Positions 52,949 to 64,000 of a stretch of DNA of 64,000 bases are shown piece by piece. Position 1 is the stretch's first letter; every line of letters starts with the position of its first letter. The notes under the pieces are model-generated. The model saw only the letters and a program-made list of their open reading frames with translations, was not told the DNA's origin and searched no databases. This stretch comes from Ruditapes philippinarum (Eukaryota): positions 434,001 to 498,000 of the forward strand of contig NW_026858036.1 of the NCBI RefSeq assembly GCF_026571515.1. Direction: 5' to 3'. A program made the translations under genes and the position numbers.

Positions 52949-53363
52949 ACATTCATATAATCTATGATCGCATATTCTCAACAACCTCGTATTGTATATC
53001 ACATAAGTTTTGCAGACATTTCTGAGTACAGATGAAATGTCTAATCGAGTGTATATTTCATGTTGTTACATATTTGGTAAAACGTGATTGTAAATGATGA
53101 GGTATTATTTATGTGAGATGTGCAGGTCGGGTGCGCACTTTGGCTTATTTGAGTATACGCCAATTACAGGTCCATTGGTCAAAGTGTCGTTACTACCAGG
53201 TATTCAGGGGAAATCTTAGCAAGAAAAAATGAACGAAGAAATGTCATTGAAATTTTATCTTTATCTACACTTATGAAAATTATATATAAGGTATTGAATT
53301 GACATACATTTGCATGAAGTCCGAAGATGATTGCTTTTTATTTAATAATTTAAAACTTATGAA

Positions 53364-53608
53364 CCATTAGGAAAACAAAACACAGCCAGATACCCTTATT
53401 GTGTAATCAAGATGTTTAACTTTTTTTCTTTTTCACTATACCTAAACATGAGATATAATCAAGGAAAATATTGCATAAAAAATATTTACCATTAGAAAAC
53501 AAAACATAGCAAGACATCTCTATCTTAATAAAGATGTTTAAAACAATTTTTTGTTTCATTTTTTTATTTCAACATACCTAAATATGAGATATAATCAAGG
53601 AAAATATA
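53364..53608. repeat. Two diverged tandem copies of a ~125-135 bp unit
   Basis: ACCATTAG(G)AAAACAAAACA at ~53364 and ~53488; ACCTAAAYATGAGATATAATCAAGGAAAATAT at ~53440 and ~53576. Confidence 0.75.
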
Positions 53609-54191
53609 GCTTTTAACGATCTGTTTGACCATAAAACAATCACAACATATTAAATGTTTAAGTGTAACAATTATATATAAAATCACACCACCCCTTACAT
53701 TTATAAAAACACGATCATTTAGTTTAGTTGTAGAAATTGTTTTTACAATTTTCTTCAACTTTACTCTTAATATTCATCCGATATTGTACAGTTATATTAT
53801 CACACTGTTAGAATTAATGCCTTACTTGTCCGGCAGAATGTTGGCAAAAGCTTAGATAAAAGATAAATAACATAGGATTTTATATCGCTTTCAAATATTT
53901 ACGAATGAACAGAATTTCTAGTCATAGTCGTCTTCTGTTTTTCATAATTCTTCATAGACCCCTGTTTTAAAAATAGTGATTTGCATAAATTTGCACATGC
54001 GCTTTCGTGGCACGCTTTTGTATATTAATCAAGTTAAAAATGACGTCAAAAGGCCAACCAACATGTATTGTTTTTATGGAAAAATGATATACTTGCAGTT
54101 CAGATTTAAATCTACGTCTTTGCGAAAAAGATATTGCAAGTGTAAAAATCAATTACAAATGTCAATTAATATATTTTAATTACTTATGTAG

Positions 54192-54932
54192 GATTTCAGA
54201 TTTTATTTTCAATATATGCAAAAGTCCCACAATAGCGGGAAACATAAGCAAATTGTGACATACATAAATGCATACATACAAACATAGAATCACATAACAT
54301 AATGTAGTAGAAAACGGCTATTGAGATTTCCAATAACAGAGCCTAACACATTCATATTTATTTAAGCCATAAAATTGAGCTGGGTATATATATATATGTA
54401 AGTGAAAAGAATAATTATTACAAAATTCAATCATCAAAGACACACAAAAAGAAAAAAGGTCATAAGTTATCTTTCGCATATAGTAATTTAAGACATGATT
54501 TAAAATTGTCTAGTAAAACACATCAAGTTCTAATAAAATGTTGCATTATTTTCATACAAAAAATACTAAGATTCTTTAGTTTATTGGTATTTTCCGATGT
54601 GACCAGGCTTACAAATTTAAACATACTTGGCCTATTTATGTAAAAATTATCTATGTATATTTTTCTATCATTTTCAAATTCTGGACATACAAAAAGATAA
54701 TGAAATTCATCGCCAATATCGTTACATATATTACATTTACGGTCTTGAATAGGTATATTCTGCCATCGTCCTATTTCAATTGGAAGGCGATGATTTCTTG
54801 TCAAAAATAGTAATAATTTATTAGCTAAATTGCTTGGTAGTTTATCTATGTAACAGCTTCTAGAAAAATCCTTTTTGATATATTTGTAAACGTTTGTATC
54901 AGAAGTGTTATTTAGTTCAGAACGCCAATTTT
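54192..54932 (-). mobile_element. 5'-truncated LINE (CR1/L2-group-like) 3' end
   Basis: ORF 54523-55029 contains TRNHRLPIEIGRW..DRKCNICNDIGDEFHYLFVCPEF, the C-terminal Cys/His region after non-LTR reverse transcriptase; 3' tail AATAAAATCTGAAATC on minus near 54192-54210. Confidence 0.85.
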
Positions 54933-57236
54933 GCGAGTAAAAAAGCCTTAATTTGTAGCTATCGCTCAAGTCGAAGTTTTTAATTACTGTAGAACAGCAC
55001 GGATGAACACTTACAAATGCTATTTTCATAGTAACGTAGTAATTTTTACAACCGTTCTTTCAAAAAGATAATGACGTCATCTGTGCGCATTAAAGGTTTC
55101 AGTCGGGTTTTCTGGCATGGATATATACATCGAAATCCAAATCCGATTTGAAACTTTATATTTTATAGTCAGTAAAATGTTTACTACTATAAATTAATAA
55201 GCTCTTTTATTGCTGGTACCTACAATACTTTTTTTAAAGAATTTGATTATTTTTCTTGGGGCGTTTGCTGAAAAAAAGAAAAAAAAAACAACAAAAAAAG
55301 AAAAAAAAAACACAAAAAACACCAGAATATGATAGGCAATTGCATGTTGTTGTTTCGATCAAATTATGACGTACTTTTCATTTAAAATAAAAAAAAAATG
55401 TATGGCTAGGTCGTGCAAATATCTGGCGTCAAACTGGCGCGACGTTACTTTAAATGGTAGCGTTTTAATAATAACCGCACATCAAATAAATAGGAAATTT
55501 CTAATTGACTAAATTTATTAAACTTTTTCGCATAACATTATTGAATTCAATTTAATGAATTCAATATAGAACCTACACTCATTATTGTCTGTTATGTTGT
55601 TCTTTCCATGAACGACCAGATTTAATAAACACAGACTCATCTCATCTGGATGTCACTTTTCGTCTTGTTTATGTTTGACGCGGTTCAAATATGAAGGTTT
55701 CTTTATCAGATTTTTCTTAAAGATGAGTTTAGACTTTTTCTTTGGAAAAGAAAATTTATCAAGCCGTCCGTACCTTTATAACATTTTGTCCTGATGAATG
55801 CGTTTCTTCTTTCTGATAAGGGAATAAGACAATAATTATCGCACAACACTGGCGTAATTTAATGTGAAGACAATACACAAATACTTTCTTTTCTTTCCAT
55901 TCTGCAGCTGACTGGATAAATGGAAAGTATAAAAATGCGCCGTATGTTATCATTGATATTTTATGCGCCATGCGTTATCATTTCCAGGAAATGCAACTAT
56001 TTACAGTGATTGACGAATAATTGCTAGGATGTAGAAGACAATTTAGAATGGCATGCGAAAGAAATATCACTCATAAGATATTTAAATATAAATGCAAAAA
56101 CAATGTATTACTTTATTTATAAAAATATTCTGAAAATACACGTACAGTTTTTGTTTTAGTTGGTTTTCTTAATGTGGATTTTTTTGTACACTTCTTTTTT
56201 TGTATACCGACGCGCATATGAAGGGGAAATAACAACGTGTTGATGAGCTCCTAAATATCATATTATTAGTGCGATACTGAGTCGTTTACAAAACTTTGCA
56301 AATCCTTAAAGAGACCATGAAGTTAGAATAACTAGATATTCCTTACACCTCGATGAATACAAACGTATGCGAAAGGGTATGTTAAACTTCCGTGTTTATA
56401 ATTGACAATTGTAAAACTGGCACGTTACATTGTGTACGTTAGCGATATTGTAACAGTTGAGAGACAAAATGAAAGATATTACTTGCGTTGTCGGCAATCT
56501 TTGTGAATAATATACCCCGGTATACATTATTTTCGTACCTCAACTACGCATTCATTTCCAGCCTGACGTGTTTATTCCATTCGCCCACTGCTTAAACAAA
56601 GTTGGTAAACATGTCATCTGCTGAATGTGCTATTTATACTTATAAATGTCTGTTAGAAAACACATACACGGACTATGGCTATTTGGAACACGGAAAATCC
56701 TGTTACCAACAGAACTGGTCATCATACAAATAGAATAACCCTGCCGTCTTTTGAGCATGATATCAAGGTTCCATAATAAAATGCAATTAAGTTGAAGTCA
56801 TTATGTTATTGATACATTGAATTTTAAATGAAAGAAAAAATTCAATATATGTTGAAAAATATTCACCTTCATGATTGATCTTAACATCGTTATTGTAACT
56901 CCGTTTAACGACGAAATAGATTTTATCCGAAGAGACCGTAATTTTGAAACCTTTAACAATTTACAAAAAATACATATTAAAAGCTTTAAAAGTAAGCAGT
57001 TATGTGGGCCTTACAATACGTCTTGTAAAACAAGGTTTTGTACACATGGGTCATATTATTGTTGTAATATTGTACTTGATGAAACATTAGATAAAAAGGC
57101 ACATCTACTCAGATTACTGCCGATATTTCATCTGATGTTTTCTACGTACCTTAATAAAACAATTCAACCACAAAAGGAAACTTTTAAGTACAATAACCGG
57201 AAGTTGTATCATCTTCAGATCATTCTCCGTCAATTT

Positions 57237-58636
57237 TTAGCTCACCTGACCACGAAGTGGTCATGGTGAGGTATAGTGATGGGGCTATGTCCGGCGTGCG
57301 TCGTCGTGCGTCGTGCGTCGTTCGTCGTCAACAATTGGGTTGTTAACAGTCTAGCAGTCACAGTTTTGATTGGATCATCATCAAACTTTGTCAGAATATT
57401 TGTCTCAATAAAATACAGATCGAGTTCGAAGATGGGTTATCTCGGGTCAAAAACTAGGTCACAGGAGCTAAAAATAGAAAAAAACTTGTTAACACTCTAG
57501 AGGCTGCAGTTTTCATCCAAATATTCTGGAAATTTGTCAGGAAGGTTGTTTTGATGATATCTAGGTCAAGTTCGAAGATGGCTTATCTCCCGTCAAAAAC
57601 TAGGTCACAGGAGCTAAAAATAGAAAAAGCTTGTTAACACTCTAACAATTGGGTTGATAACAGTCTAGCAGTCAAAGTTTTGATTGGACCAGAATGTTTG
57701 TCTTAATGAAATACAGATCGAGTTTGAAGATGGGTCATGTCGAGTAAAAAACTAGGTCACAGGAGCTAAAAATAGAAAAAGCTTATTAACACTCTTTTGC
57801 CTGCAGTTTTGATCCAAATTCCATGGAAATCAGTCAGGAAGGTTGTTTTGATGATTTCTAGGTCAAGTTCGAATATGGGTCATCTCAGGTAAAAAACTAG
57901 GTCACAGGAGCTAAAAATTGAATAATCTTGTAAACAGTCTACTGGCTGCAGTTTTGATCCAAAATTCCTGGAAATTTGTCAAGAAAGTTGTTTTGATGAT
58001 TTCTAGGTCAAGTTCGAAGATGGGTCATCTCCGGTTAAAAACTAGGTCACAGGAGCTAAAAATAGAAAAAGCTTGTTAACACTCTAGTGGCTGCAGTTTT
58101 CATCCAAACATTCTGGAAATTTGTCAGGAAGGTTGTTTTGGTGATTTCTAGGTCAAGTTCGAAGATGGGTCATCTCAGGTCAAAAACTAGGTCACAGGAG
58201 CTAAAAATAGAAAAAACTTGTTAACACTCTAGTGGCTGCAGTATTGAGTCAAATATTCTGTTAATTTGTCAGGAAGGTTGTTTTGATGATTTCTGGGTCA
58301 AGTTCGAAGATGGGTCATCTTAGGTCAAAAACTAGGTCACAGGAGCTAAAAATAGAAAAATCTTTTTAACACTCTAGTGGCTGCAGTTTTAATCCAAATT
58401 TCTTGGAAATTGGTCAGGAAGGTTGTTTCGATGATTTCTAGGTCAAGTTTTAATATGGGTCGTGTCCGGTCAAAAATTAGGTCACATTGCCCAAATATGG
58501 AAAAATCTTTATAACACACTAGAGGTCACATGCTTGACTCAGTTGTCATCAAACTTGGCCATGATGCTTGTTTAAGACATTGCTTGGATGCGGTTATGTC
58601 AGGTGAGCGATCCAGGGCCATCATGGCCCTCTTGTT
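57237..58636 (+). mobile_element. HINE (pearl/CvA/DINE-1-like) with internal ~145-bp tandem array, ~8 units
   Basis: 5' TTTTAGCTCACCTG..GGTGAG stem-loop, (CGT/GCGT)n microsatellite 57293-57330, 3' CAGGTGAGC (58600-58608) and hairpin AGGGCCATCATGGCCCT-CTTGTTT. The CTAGGTCAC marker recurs at 57454, 57600, 57752, 57897, 58042, 58187, 58332 and (as TTAGGTCAC) 58477. Confidence 0.9.
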
Positions 58637-61600
58637 TAATAAATGTTTATACCCCGTCCCCTGAATGAAAATAAAATAAACAAAATATTAATAAGGAACT
58701 GACATTTCTATTATCTTTATAACTTTATATTACATACTCGGACACGTTTTCTGTATTAATCTATTTTAAAATGGCAAGCGTACATAGCAACAGAAATTAT
58801 TTTGAATTGTCGTATAAATTCACGCTAGGATAGGCGTTATTTTGGTATTTTACTGCCCTTTTAGACTCTAGGACAGGCGTAGCTATACTTTTAGCAGTAT
58901 TCAACATTTAAAGCTGCATATCACAGATAAGCTGTCAAACAAAATTTGAATAAAAAGAAGAAAAACAGCGGGAGATGTGATCACACTGCGGTCCAATCAC
59001 GGACATGACTAGTAGATAATACGTTAATTTTGAATTTTGAAGTCAAACTGTTAAACTGAAAACAGCATCATTGACTGCTATTGTATATTCTGACCAGTAG
59101 TTAGACGAAACAATGCTTGCAAGTAGTGAATGGCTGATGGCAAATGGCAAACTTGTTTCTTTCATTCGTTTGATATTTTGGGGAATGAGTTTACTTATAT
59201 TACAAAATATTGCCATGACAAGGTTTTTTTTATTCTTTCAGAATATTCTTTAAGATTTTATTTTTCGTTTATTTTGTCATTTTGTGCTAAGATCCTGTTA
59301 CTACACTTAAGTTAAGTGAAAATTTATATATGTATATAATTATGCTTCTCAAACAATTTTCAAACATACAAGAATATGTAAAATATATACTGCAAATATT
59401 TCTACACATTATATGTAATCATTTAAATATGTGCATTCATTATTTATTGAAAAATTTGACCTAGACTTTATCGAAAATAAATTTCTAATTACCTCCCTTT
59501 ATTAACATGAAATGTAAATTCTATAATATCTTTACAAACTATGCTTTTTGGAACGTACAATATTGATAAATCTTCATTCGAGCATTATATTTTGTGATTT
59601 AAATCTATACAAAATTGTGTCACAGGATCTTTAAGTGTACCAAATTGCCAAGACTTCAAACAAATGGAATTTATTTTATCAGATTCAAGTGTGGTATCGA
59701 TGTGGTTTAAGATACGAAAATGTTAACCTAATGTCGATATTGACGTGTATTGACATAAGTATTTTGTTCTTTATTTAGTTCAATAAAAATTTCAATCAGA
59801 TACATGTAAGACATATCAGATTTATATTAATTTAAAATATTTATTTGAAGTTTTAAATGATTTTCAAGATTAGGGTTTAAACTGCGACAAAAAAGTAGTT
59901 GACGGATGATATCAGAAAAAATAAATCAGTAAGTTATTTATATCAAAAACGATCATTATTTCACTTTGGGTTTTTGTCTTTGTTTTTTATGTTTTTTATG
60001 TTTTTTGTTGCTGTTTGTTTTTTCAATATTAAAGATATTGTTCGTTTATCATTCATTGATAACTCTATAAGTGATAACAGTTAAGGTCTTCAAATTAATG
60101 AGCAAAAAATATAAAACAAAGTTCATGTCGTCATTACTATATCGTTCTGTACTTTTATTGCTTCTGATATTACTTTGATATTGTTTCATAAGTAGTCCTT
60201 TCTTGTCTAATTATACATTAGAACCGGTTTAACTTGTCATATCTTACTTTTATGATTTTTACATATATTTTCTATACGATTCCTAGAAATTTTACAAATA
60301 TTCTAACATTCTAACACGCTATCACCTTTACCTCAATAATTAGATAATGAACTCTCGCGCATTATTGTTAACATGTCATATGACATCAGATGTGACGGCA
60401 ATAAACTAAAGACGTTTATAATATTATTTATTCGCCAAATGCTCATTATATGGATATATAAGGATTAAGCAAACACTATGAAAACTTCTCTAATTTAAGT
60501 ACGTGCGTTTTAAATTTTTGACAATATTGTTAATTAAATATCATCTTAACTTTCGCAAATTTTCATTACATTCAACGTTAATACGTACAACAAGGAATAA
60601 GAAATATGAATTTATTTCTCACAAGAACGCACAATGACGTCCACATCATTGTATTGTATTTAAAATACCAAGTAACGCTTCCTGCGTCGTGTATTATTCC
60701 TTTTCAAAGTGTCGCCCCTTAACGCGCATATATGTTGGAATGCCCATACATCCATTCATTAAAAAATATTCTCATACCACATACTGTCTATAAGAAATAG
60801 GATGCTGTGCGTTATATCTGTAATATATCTATAACATGCAAGTGGTGGCGAATTGGCGAGTAAAGAGGGATGTTCCAGTTGAACATATTGCACACATTTC
60901 TGAGTTTTCCTCTATGCCGAGATTTTTTATGTTTTTTTTTTTTTTTAATTTTTGGCTGTTTTTTGTATTGTTTGATGACGATCACGTCGAATGAGCTAAA
61001 TTTGCAGCAATTTGGTTATCTACATATTAAGCTAACTAACAACACATATATATAGGTAACTGGTTAATTTAGAAGGTTTAACAATGTCTATACAACTATA
61101 AAAACTTTAAATATTATAATATGCATTCAATTGTTTGGGGTACTCCTGGGCTCCTGGCAACTGGTACTTGTTGCTAGGTCGTGTGGGGGTTGCGTTCATT
61201 GAACGCCGCCTTTCCTTGTTGATCTTGGCTGCCATATTATACTTATTAATTAACAATTGTTAAAGACGGAACGGCATAGCTTAGCAGCACGCCCTTGCGG
61301 ACCATAAAACATATGCGTATCAACCGATTTCTAACCATGTGCCTTCGTCGACGGTGGTGATGACGAGCGTTTTCACACAGACAACTGTACCTGCATTCTG
61401 CGTTAACTAAAGCGGTAGGACCTTAATTATCCGTCAAATCTGTTAAAATATTTCTATTTAGAAATGCGCCACATTCTCTCAGAAAATCGTAAACATCGTT
61501 TTGAATCCCTCATTTGTTTCATCTCGTGGTTAGTAGTCAAGATTAAGGTTTCTTTAAGTATTTAAGAATCTTATTGCTGTCGCCGAACACAGGGACTGTC

Positions 61601-62064
61601 GTACAAAGTTATTCGACGGTCAGTATGTATGGTATTCTTAATTTTACCGATCGGCTCTTTGTTTGTATTGGACATCACTTCTACATTCACACAATCCCTT
61701 ATGATAGAGGAAAACGAAAGGTCTGCTGACCGATTGTTACTTGCTGAAGGAGATCAAGCGTCTGTCTTTGCACTTTCGGCGGTTTACACAGAACTTGATG
61801 TAAAATCACAGATTTCCATAAACATGCTGTCCCTTGTGTGATTCAAATAACTGTCACAGTGACGGTTTACGTGGTATTGACGTAAAAACACAGACAATTA
61901 TGTTACATACGTCAAATGACGTAATTCGATTTGACAAAGGTAATAAGTAAAGTTAATGAGGAACACAAAAAAGTGATCCGACGAACCCGTCTAAGCAGTA
62001 CCAGTCTAAAGACGCGAAAATTTAAAGTTTTGACAAACAACCTTCCGAACAACCGTATGAATTG

Positions 62065-62160
62065 TAACTCTCCAGGAACGATGGTTAGGAAACTACCCGC
62101 CTATATGACTGAAATACTGTTGGAAAAAAGGCGTAAAATGAAACAAACAAACAAACAATG
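62065..62160 (+). mobile_element. SINE 3' tail fragment
   Basis: ATATGACTGAAATACTGTTGGAAAAAAGGCGTAAAA followed by an (AAAC)n tail. Confidence 0.55.
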
Positions 62161-62849
62161 TAGTACAATTATACACCGTTGAAACGCACTGGAATTTATT
62201 ACAATTAATATAGTATTTAAATACATGTAATATAGTATTTAAATACAAGTAATTGTTAAGAATATATTTCATTATTGATGTGTTGCGTAAAAAAATAAAT
62301 ACATTTTAACAGCTTTTTAAAACGCACAAGGGTATGTATAACTGAATCATCCATGCGATATATCAATTGCTTCGTAAATCCATAATAAATCTTTATTTAC
62401 CTTTTCAAATACTGAGGGCCATTAAAATCTGCTCGGTGCAAACCAATTTTCCAAATCTTTTTAAATATAAACAAACTAATTCCTTTGTGTGATTTTATCA
62501 ATGCGATCAAGAGGACGATTATTTTACTAAAAAAAAGGTAAATAGACAGTCATAACTTATTTGATAAACGTTTAACAAAATATTGAAAGAAGTGGACGTT
62601 TTGTTTATATAAACTCAGAAGCGGACAGAAGTTTCACAGTTTATGAATTAGTTACTCAGTATAATATGATTTGATTGTAATACATTATGTTAACATTTGT
62701 AAATGTCATTCATCTTGGTTTATTGAATCAAATTTGGTTAAATAAGATTTTCTAAGATAGTAAAGTAGAAGACTACTACAGTCAGTATATCAGTAAAATA
62801 ATTTGAAGAAATGAAAATAACTACATATCAAACAGATGTTAACAGTATG

Positions 62850-63325
62850 AAATATACATGTATACAATAAAACACGCGACATTGCGTAGTGTCTGTTTTA
62901 AACAGCTACATAAAGTAACACATATTAAAAAACAATACTACTTGGAATTCTACAAAACACCACGTACTCTACAAAAACGTGTATGCATTTGTTTTTATGC
63001 CATACATATGTATTATAATTTTTCAATTAAATGTTTCAAATAACGTTTTAAATAATGACAACGTGCAATTGTGTCACCCTATTGCGACTGATTTATATGA
63101 TGTAAATGTTGAGAATGTGAATACGTATATAAGGGAGGTAAATGTACAGTGTACATATTATACATTTCTATAAAATATAGACTTTAGAGTTATCCCTCTT
63201 AGTATTAGCTATAACAAGTCCCTTGTAATTCTTCCGAGAATGGCTATATACAATGTCAATGTTTTAAATGTTTTATATGTATATTTAATTGTATGGATGA
63301 GACTATAATAAAGAATAAAATAAGT
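62850..63325 (+). mobile_element. LINE 3' fragment, copy 2 (same family as 19530-19930)
   Basis: LNNDNVQLCHPIATDLYDVNVENVNT and following UTR are the reverse complement match of 19530-19850. Confidence 0.65.
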
Positions 63326-64000
63326 CATATCGTGTAATAATGCACTTTATTGCCCTATCAGATTTATAGGGCGAAAGTGTAAAGTGTGTTAGAATAATAG
63401 CTTTACACATCGTCACATTGATCTGACATAAGGCAATACAGTTTCGATCTCATTTTGCCAACACTTGCAGAACTTTAAGTTCTTATGGGGCAACTGTTTG
63501 GAGATTGCAGACGTTCTCGATGGAGCGTTATCGTTTTTAAAACACGTAGTCGATCACATGCCGTTAACTAGTAAATACAGTTTAGTAAAAGCACATTTAA
63601 GTGACGTCTCATGTATGCTTTGTCTGGGCTAAGGAGCAAAAAGACTAAACTCTGTTTCGTGTTATTTCTGTTTTTAAATGTTCGCCCTGAGGCTTCGCCT
63701 TCTTCGAGACATTTAAATTCAATAGTTTAGCCTTTTTTATAAAATAAATAAAAAGAAACTTAAATGAATTACCCCAACGGGAATATTGAATATATTCACG
63801 ACTCGGTTTGGTAACGTAACGAGATTATCGCAAACAACCGATCAAGTCTAGCAGCGGTACCACATAGTCATCTTGCGTTATTGCTTTAATCTTGAACCAG
63901 AAGCCCTTAGAACCAGAAGCCCTTAGAAATTAATTTTGACTGAAAATTGTTTGCAAAACTATTAGCCGTCCTCAAGAATTCCCGTTGTTTAGAAAAAATC

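Noticed and set aside
54933-55029. N-terminus of the 168-aa ORF as a real start
   Set aside because: Fortuitous read-through from flanking sequence into a 5'-truncated LINE.
57330-58560. Regularly spaced repeats resembling a CRISPR array
   Set aside because: Whole units repeat with no unique spacers, no cas genes, eukaryotic context; the same applies to 22251-22970.
58640-64000. Short ORFs in the last 5 kb, and ORFs 39025-39303, 40987-41385, 56871-57269
   Set aside because: Low-complexity AT-rich translations without motifs or consistent splice structure.

Overview
AT-rich, intron-containing animal genomic DNA. The repeat repertoire (Helentron-type non-autonomous elements carrying satellite arrays, tRNA-derived SINEs) suggests a bivalve mollusc; this is inference. 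By splicing GT-AG exons by hand I reconstruct five genes. The first four are a duplicated pair arranged TMEM205a(+, 904-2999), SLC16/MCT-like a(+, 6730-12491), TMEM205b(+, 15647-18133, one-base frameshift in a T8 run) and SLC16/MCT-like b(-, 20875-27871). The fifth is a five-coding-exon ~594-aa gene (+, 45519-50905). It ends in a signal-peptide-less trypsin-fold serine protease of the Nal1/Ssy5/bacterial type with an intact His-Asp-Ser triad, preceded by an unrecognised alpha/beta domain that may be TIR/SEFIR-like. This protease gene is the best candidate for an undescribed system. The divergent SLC16 pair, with endolysosomal sorting motifs and co-duplicated with TMEM205, is second. The remainder is intron/intergenic DNA with nested HINEs, a foldback-type element with TSD, a solo LTR with TSD, MITEs, SINEs and LINE fragments. 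Most short ORFs in the track are spurious. All assignments are by eye, without database searches.
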